From an uncultured virus (IMG/VR IMGVR_UViG_3300011211_000002) (lineage: Duplodnaviria; Heunggongvirae; Uroviricota; Caudoviricetes): DNA of 64,000 nucleotides. Positions 59,161 to 64,000 of the stretch are shown piece by piece. The notes beneath the pieces are model-generated. The model was not told where the DNA came from. It searched no databases and saw only the letters and a program-made list of their open reading frames with translations. Both the position numbers and the translations under genes were made by a program. The stretch lies in the IMG/VR virus record IMGVR_UViG_3300011211_000002. One strand, written 5' to 3'. Numbering within the stretch: the first letter of the stretch is position 1; each line of letters opens with the position of its first letter.

Positions 59161-59226
59161 TATTATTCCTCTTTTCATTTTAATTTTAACTGCTATACAT
59201 AAATAATAGACTTCCATTATCTAATC

Positions 59227-59823
59227 TTAATCAATTCCTAATTCAACTCTTTCATATTCTTTTTTACTTTGAATCATTTCAGACATACAGTCTTTATTAG
59301 CTATAGCTTCCTTATATACAGCTACAGCTTTTTCTTTAGAATCAAAGAATAAATGCTTAAATTTATCAATTTTTAAATCTAGGTAGCTGACTACATATTC
59401 ACTATCAACCTCTAATTTTGAAATTAAAATTTCAGCTTCTTTTTCATCATCATCATCATCATACTCTTCATCATCTGTATTTTCTTCTTCATTAAAACAA
59501 GCTAAATGTCGCTGTGGAACTAAATGAATTGAACCTGATGTATCTTCACATAAAGCCATTCCATTATCGTATTTATAAATAACAATTAGCGTTGTATGCC
59601 CTTCAAGACCTTCATATGGCTCTTGAATTGTTGTTTCTATATCTAAGCATTCTTCCTCAACAGAATGTATACCTAATCTCAATAGCTGATCACGATAATC
59701 CATTGAATCATCTAATATTACATCTATATCACTAGAAGACATACCTCTATCATCTAATTCATCATAAATATTATCTTCTATTTCTTTAAATTTTTTAATT
59801 ATATCAAATATTTCTTTATCCAT
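59227..59823 (-). CDS. Highly acidic hypothetical protein
   Basis: ORF track; D/E-rich tract. Confidence 0.7.
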   Translation of the reverse strand: MDKEIFDIIKKFKEIEDNIYDELDDRGMSSSDIDVILDDSMDYRDQLLRLGIHSVEEECLDIETTIQEPYEGLEGHTTLIVIYKYDNGMALCEDTSGSIHLVPQRHLACFNEEENTDDEEYDDDDDEKEAEILISKLEVDSEYVVSYLDLKIDKFKHLFFDSKEKAVAVYKEAIANKDCMSEMIQSKKEYERVELGID

Positions 59824-59951
59824 TACTTACACTCCTTATTGATTAATCTTCATCTCTTTCTAAGAATTTACTAATGAGATTATTTAATTCTTTACTCTCC
59901 ATCACTCTATGAACCATACTTTTAACTTCCTCTCACCTTAAAGACTTCTTT

Positions 59952-60167
59952 TCACACTAGAGTTTGAGGTGTTTTCCCATCACCCTCTTTAATACTAGGT
60001 GCATTTTGAATAATGTTCATATTTTCTGATGAAACCAACACCTGACCAACAAGTTTGCCATTTTTATACTGAAAAATCCATGTTCCTGTATCAAACTTTC
60101 TAAAATACGTTTTCATACCTTCTCTGTCTTCTAATTCACAATAACTCTCTAAAAACTCACTTTTCAT
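59952..60167 (-). CDS. Hypothetical protein
   Basis: Start MKSEF behind GGAGG. Confidence 0.6.
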   Translation of the reverse strand: MKSEFLESYCELEDREGMKTYFRKFDTGTWIFQYKNGKLVGQVLVSSENMNIIQNAPSIKEGDGKTPQTLV

Positions 60168-60241
60168 TTTATCTTCCTCCTTAATATTCAATTAAAATAC
60201 TTCTATTTTCTAATTATCATCCAATATGTAATATCTAAGCC

Positions 60242-60496
60242 CTAAGATACTAGTTCTGTAATAAGCTCATCGATGTCATCATGATGGTATGGAGCTACGT
60301 CTTTTAGCTTTACCAAGAAATTTTCCATTTTTGAAGGATCAACACAAGTGAATTCAACTTCTTTTTCTTCTGTAACTACATTTAATTCTACTCTGTTTGG
60401 CTTTCGAACGATATCAAACGCGAGTAAAAATTGAGCTTCATTTAATGTAGTGGAAATCACCTGTAATGCTTCTTTTATTTGAACATTTACTTTCAT
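60242..60496 (-). CDS. Hypothetical protein
   Basis: ORF track, GGAGG RBS. Confidence 0.65.
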   Translation of the reverse strand: MKVNVQIKEALQVISTTLNEAQFLLAFDIVRKPNRVELNVVTEEKEVEFTCVDPSKMENFLVKLKDVAPYHHDDIDELITELVS

Positions 60497-60592
60497 AAGT
60501 ATATTCCTCCTAAGTTTTATAAAATGCTGATTTTATGTAAGAGTAGTATCACTCTTTGTAATTCTCATAAAGTTCACAATTCAATTTCCGTT

Positions 60593-60838
60593 TCATTCAT
60601 TTACTTCTTTTGTTTCAACTCCAAATAAAGGGCTATCAAAAAACTTACTCATTGTTATCGCACAACCATTACAATAAGCTTGAATTGTACTTACTTTTGG
60701 ATGTTTTGATCGTCCATTCATAATCTCTGAAACAGTAGATTGTTTTAATCCTCCTCTTCTAGCGATTTGTGTAACAGTACTTTCACGTTCATCTGCTAAT
60801 TGAATCATTCTTATTCCTATTGCGTTATGAAGTGTCAT
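60593..60838 (-). CDS. Cro/XRE HTH regulator
   Basis: IARRGGLKQSTVSEIMNG..P.VSTI...FFDSPLF. Confidence 0.85.
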   Translation of the reverse strand: MTLHNAIGIRMIQLADERESTVTQIARRGGLKQSTVSEIMNGRSKHPKVSTIQAYCNGCAITMSKFFDSPLFGVETKEVNE

Positions 60839-60987
60839 TTAAACTACGCCTCTTTTCACTTATAATCTCTTCATAAAATTATACTTTTATAGATCAATTT
60901 TACTTGATGCTCAAATGGTATACAACTTCCAATTATAATACTAATCACAATTATAATCAGTTGCTGCCTCCATGTATACTTAACCTG

Positions 60988-61033
60988 ATATTACCATACG
61001 CATAAAAATAAAGTCAAATACAATTATGTATTT
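60988..61033 (-). promoter_or_regulatory. Sigma-A promoter at head of the leftward gene array, with AAATACATAA
   Basis: TTGACT-18-TAATAT with TG; motif at 61024-61033. Confidence 0.65.
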
Positions 61034-61066
61034 TTATATTTAATTTTAGTTTGGTTAACTTAAATC

Positions 61067-61238
61067 AAAAATTCTATACGATTGAAGTTTCAAAATCATA
61101 CAATTAATAAATCAAGATTCTGTCTATCTCTATATTCGTATTAAAATTCTACATATCCCAATTTTCAAAATGTAAAATTCTACGATTTTGATTTTTTAAT
61201 TCTACAGTTTTGATTTTTTAAAGTGATGAAAAATTCTA
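61067..61238 (+). repeat. Cluster of AAAATTCTA direct repeats
   Basis: Copies near 61068, 61143, 61174, 61230, partial at 61197; TTTTGATTTTTTA twice. Confidence 0.6.
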
Positions 61239-61336
61239 TAGATTTCATTTTTCATTCAACCAGTTTAATTCTTGCTACATAAATCGATTTCTAAAAATGA
61301 ACACAACAATACATCCTAATTTATTTTTTCATGTAT

Positions 61337-61663
61337 TTAGTTAGCTAACAACTTCATGTATCCCTTTTGCAGCTCTTTCATTTGATCTTTATAATAATCA
61401 ACTTCTTCTTTTGTATAACTTAGAGTAAATAATGTAGGAACTTCAATTTCCATATCTGAATTATTAACTGAGATCTCATAACGAGCGAAATCATATTTAT
61501 CCACTAATTCAAAACCATATTCTTTATTTATATTGTTAATACATTCTTCTCTTACCTCCTTACTCATTTGTAGTAGTGCGCCGTACACTTCATACTTATT
61601 ATAACTAACCCCAATATTACAATCCGTAGCATTATTAACAACTAATTTTAATTGATTCATCAT
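61337..61663 (-). CDS. Hypothetical protein
   Basis: ORF track. Confidence 0.65.
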   Translation of the reverse strand: MMNQLKLVVNNATDCNIGVSYNKYEVYGALLQMSKEVREECINNINKEYGFELVDKYDFARYEISVNNSDMEIEVPTLFTLSYTKEEVDYYKDQMKELQKGYMKLLAN

Positions 61664-62505
61664 TTTTATATCCCCTTTATTATTTTAAGTATTTATTCAT
61701 ATAAATTATATCACAACAACTTAACTTGTTTCTTTGTAAGATTAGATCATTTTAATATCAATATTCAAATTTTCAATAAATAATTACATTATTATGTATT
61801 TTATATTTTAATCAACTTAAGAATAATCGAGTTAAGATACCTATAACCTTACTCTAAGTAGATAACTGGAACTTTTACTAAAATATATCTTACTTGTAAG
61901 CTATAAGTAAATTATACATAAGATACAAGTAAGATACAATAGTTTTTTAAATTTAATTTTGTATAATTTGGAAGTATTAATTATTCTTGACTATTCCCGT
62001 CTTTCTTATCAATTGATTTTTGAAAAGGAGTTTTGTTGTTTTGAGTTTTAGATGAATAGTTCTAACTAATAAATTGATCGAACATATTATTGATTATGAG
62101 GTAAGATTTATTAGTTAGAACTTTAACGGCTTTTTCAATTGTAATTATTTAAATACCTATTATATTTAGCACTACTTTAACATTTGACTGTTACAATTAG
62201 CTCTAATTGTTCTTACTCATCCGTTTGTAATTAGAATGTCTCAGTGTTATTATTTGTTTCCTGTTACTATATGGGATCATGCTCACCACCCCTCGTCTCA
62301 AATTCATCCCAAAACTCGTAGCAATATTTTCTACACGCTGTTACTATATAGCGATTTGGATACATATTGAATTAAAGTAAGCATTTTTTTGTGAAGTAAC
62401 TTTGTAATTTCTCTATTAATAGGAAGAAACTCAATTCACTTATTAAAAGTTCTTATAAACATTGATATAGGAGCGTCTATGTAGGTAACTAAATTTTATT
62501 TAAAT

Positions 62506-62579
62506 AAATACATAAATTTAGTTGACTAAATCTTCATCGGATGTTATGATAAATTCAAGTTAAACAAATAAATACATAA
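62506..62579 (+). promoter_or_regulatory. Rightward sigma-A promoter flanked by two AAATACATAA motifs
   Basis: TTGACT(62522)-17-TATGAT with TG; motifs at 62506 and 62570. Confidence 0.8.
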
Positions 62580-62602
62580 ATATACTTCAGGAGGAACAAA
62601 TA

Positions 62603-63061
62603 ATGAAACTACAAAATAAAATCAGTGCTCTATCTAATATGAAAGCTAAAGAGTTACAAACAGAGGCAAACAAAGAGGGTTTAACATGGTATAACCGTGA
62701 GGAAAAGCGAAAAATGCATAAAGATGAAATTATTACTTTGTTAACTGAACACTACACAAACTTAATTGAACAGGATCAAAACACAGAATTAGAAATTGAA
62801 AACTCAACGACTGTTCAATTAGTTACACACTTTAAAGAACTAGCTTCCAATGCGATAAATGCAGCTAAAGAAGACTATAACCAAGCAGCACAGCAATTAA
62901 GTAATGTAAAAGAGTTACTATCAGATGCATTAGTGAAGTTGCAAGATAAACTAACAGACAAGAAAAACAAATTACTGGCTCGTAAATGGAACTTAACTAT
63001 TAATAACATTAAATGTATTGTGACTACAGCAGAACGTAAAATAAACGCTGTAGTAGCTTAA
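62603..63061 (+). CDS. Protein with Rho-N/SAP-like N-terminal motif
   Basis: LSNMKAKELQTEANKEGL...KMHKDEIITLL; GGAGG RBS. Confidence 0.65.
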   Translation: MKLQNKISALSNMKAKELQTEANKEGLTWYNREEKRKMHKDEIITLLTEHYTNLIEQDQNTELEIENSTTVQLVTHFKELASNAINAAKEDYNQAAQQLSNVKELLSDALVKLQDKLTDKKNKLLARKWNLTINNIKCIVTTAERKINAVVA

Positions 63062-63099
63062 ATAAAAATACTATTTTATCTAAATTGGAGGAAAAGAAA

Positions 63100-63786
63100 A
63101 TGAAAAATTTTAGAAAACAATTAGGGTATGTATTAGAAAATAAAAATATATGTGTTAATGGTTATACTGAAAATAAAATTTTATTCCAAAACAATGATGG
63201 TAAAATTGATAAACAAAGAAAAGCAACTTTATACACTAATAAGAAAGGTATTTACTTTACTTATGAAAGTAAAAGATATTATGTATTAATTAATAAAGAG
63301 ACGAAATCTAAGTCAATCGACCCTAACTCTATCGAAAGTACAATACTATCTGAAATGATTGGAGACGTTGGAACTTTGATTGCTGGGTTACAAACTACGA
63401 CTAGCAAAAAAACGTTAAAAGAAATAAATAAAGAAAAGTACAAGCCACATTCTAATTTTAGTAAATGGTTAGATAGTTTAGTTAAAACAGAAATAAAAAA
63501 GAAAGTAGAAGAAGAACATAGTAAAGCTATTTCTTTATTACAAATCAATTCAGATTTAATCGGAACAGTTAGAAATAAAGTAAAACAAACTTTCTTAAAG
63601 GTTTTCGGTGCTGAAAATTTAAAATATAAGACAATCAACGTTGACAAGGTTTTCGGTGAAAGTACGGTTACAAAATATTCATTTTTAGCAAAAGAAAACG
63701 GCTTTAATTCTAATGATGTTGATCGACTTGTACAGTCTATTATTTATAGCGTGTTAAAAGAAAACAACCGTTTACAAATTAATTAA
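63100..63786 (+). CDS. Hypothetical protein bounded by boundary elements
   Basis: Start MKNFRK behind GGAGG; elements at 63062 and 63787. Confidence 0.7.
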   Translation: MKNFRKQLGYVLENKNICVNGYTENKILFQNNDGKIDKQRKATLYTNKKGIYFTYESKRYYVLINKETKSKSIDPNSIESTILSEMIGDVGTLIAGLQTTTSKKTLKEINKEKYKPHSNFSKWLDSLVKTEIKKKVEEEHSKAISLLQINSDLIGTVRNKVKQTFLKVFGAENLKYKTINVDKVFGESTVTKYSFLAKENGFNSNDVDRLVQSIIYSVLKENNRLQIN

Positions 63787-63832
63787 ATAAAAACATTATT
63801 TTATAAAATATATAAAATGGAGTGAATGAGGA

Positions 63833-64000
63833 ATGTTGAAATTTAATGGTATAAGCTTGACAGATAAAACTATTCAAAAGACTAGAAAATGGTTTTCTGA
63901 TAACGCTATAGCTTGTATTGAAGAAGCAAAGAGTGGAAAGGTTTATGTAAATGACTTAGATTACTATACAAAACTAAATGAGAAAAGTTCAAAAGAGTAT
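63833..64000 (+). CDS. Hypothetical protein, truncated by window end
   Basis: MLKFNGISLTDKTIQKTRKWF... open to window end. Confidence 0.65.
   Translation, partial: MLKFNGISLTDKTIQKTRKWFSDNAIACIEEAKSGKVYVNDLDYYTKLNEKSSKEY

Larger units (their letters stand above)
2991..63804. repeat. Dispersed 18-bp gene-boundary element ATAAWA-N6-TWTTAT (40 exact copies counted by eye)
   Basis: Exact copies start at 2991, 3662, 5768, 6187, 7585, 8612, 9031, 22521, 22902, 23722, 23883, 24184, 25041, 26140, 33993, 34438, 35317, 36310, 37086, 37930, 38393, 38985, 39623, 44908, 47362, 47979, 49671, 49991, 50304, 53107, 54806, 55220, 55749, 57059, 57297, 58049, 60519, 60873, 63062, 63787. Confidence 0.9.
1..64000. 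mobile_element. SPbeta-like temperate phage/prophage region (early, replication and accessory genes); no att site or structural genes in window
   Basis: Gene order SSB-like/AAA/loader/DnaB/primase/RecJ/DnaE/3D matches the SPbeta yorF-yorM block; yopP/Q/R-like trio; YopX copies; dense small co-oriented ORFs. Confidence 0.9.

Noticed and set aside
59227..59823. Acidic protein as a DNA mimic or anti-restriction factor
   Set aside because: Only composition supports it; no recognisable Ocr or ArdA motifs
2991..63804. Boundary repeats as a CRISPR array or as Rho-independent terminators
   Set aside because: Spacing is gene-sized and irregular with no cas genes; arms are all A/T and mostly mismatched, too weak for terminator stems
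2991..63804. Boundary repeats as canonical dif/pdif (XerCD) sites
   Set aside because: dif has ATAA-N6-TTATG geometry; here ATAA and TTAT are 10 bp apart and the XerD arm consensus is absent

Overview
AT-rich segment of a large SPbeta-like temperate phage or prophage of a Bacillaceae host. Almost all genes lie on the minus strand up to about 61.7 kb. A roughly 1.7 kb mostly non-coding divergence zone follows, then plus-strand genes. Recognisable modules: an SPbeta yorF-yorM-like replication block (SSB-like, AAA ATPase, helicase loader-like, DnaB helicase, primase, RecJ-like DHH nuclease, DnaE, 3D-domain protein); a DUF1064 nuclease flanked by two HNH endonucleases; a sigma factor; a yopP/yopQ/yopR-like trio (integrase-fold, DndB-like, integrase-fold repressor) with no adjacent arbitrium genes; a LexA-box yolD-ligase module; defence genes (Dodola-like pair, AbiJ-like HEPN); and counter-defence candidates (MazE-tail mimic, Apyc1-like MBL hydrolase, macrodomain). 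The main unexplained structure is an 18-bp element, ATAAWA-N6-TWTTAT. I counted 40 exact and about 15 near copies by eye, all with different 6-bp spacers. It sits between the stop codon of one small accessory gene and the RBS of the next, and I found none in the core replication or repressor operons. This resembles an integron-like array of tyrosine-recombinase sites delimiting single-gene cassettes, which is an inference. A second motif, AAATACATAA, lies 5-8 nt upstream of the -35 box of nine sigma-A promoters. No tRNA, rRNA or CRISPR array was seen. All calls come from manual motif recognition without database searches.
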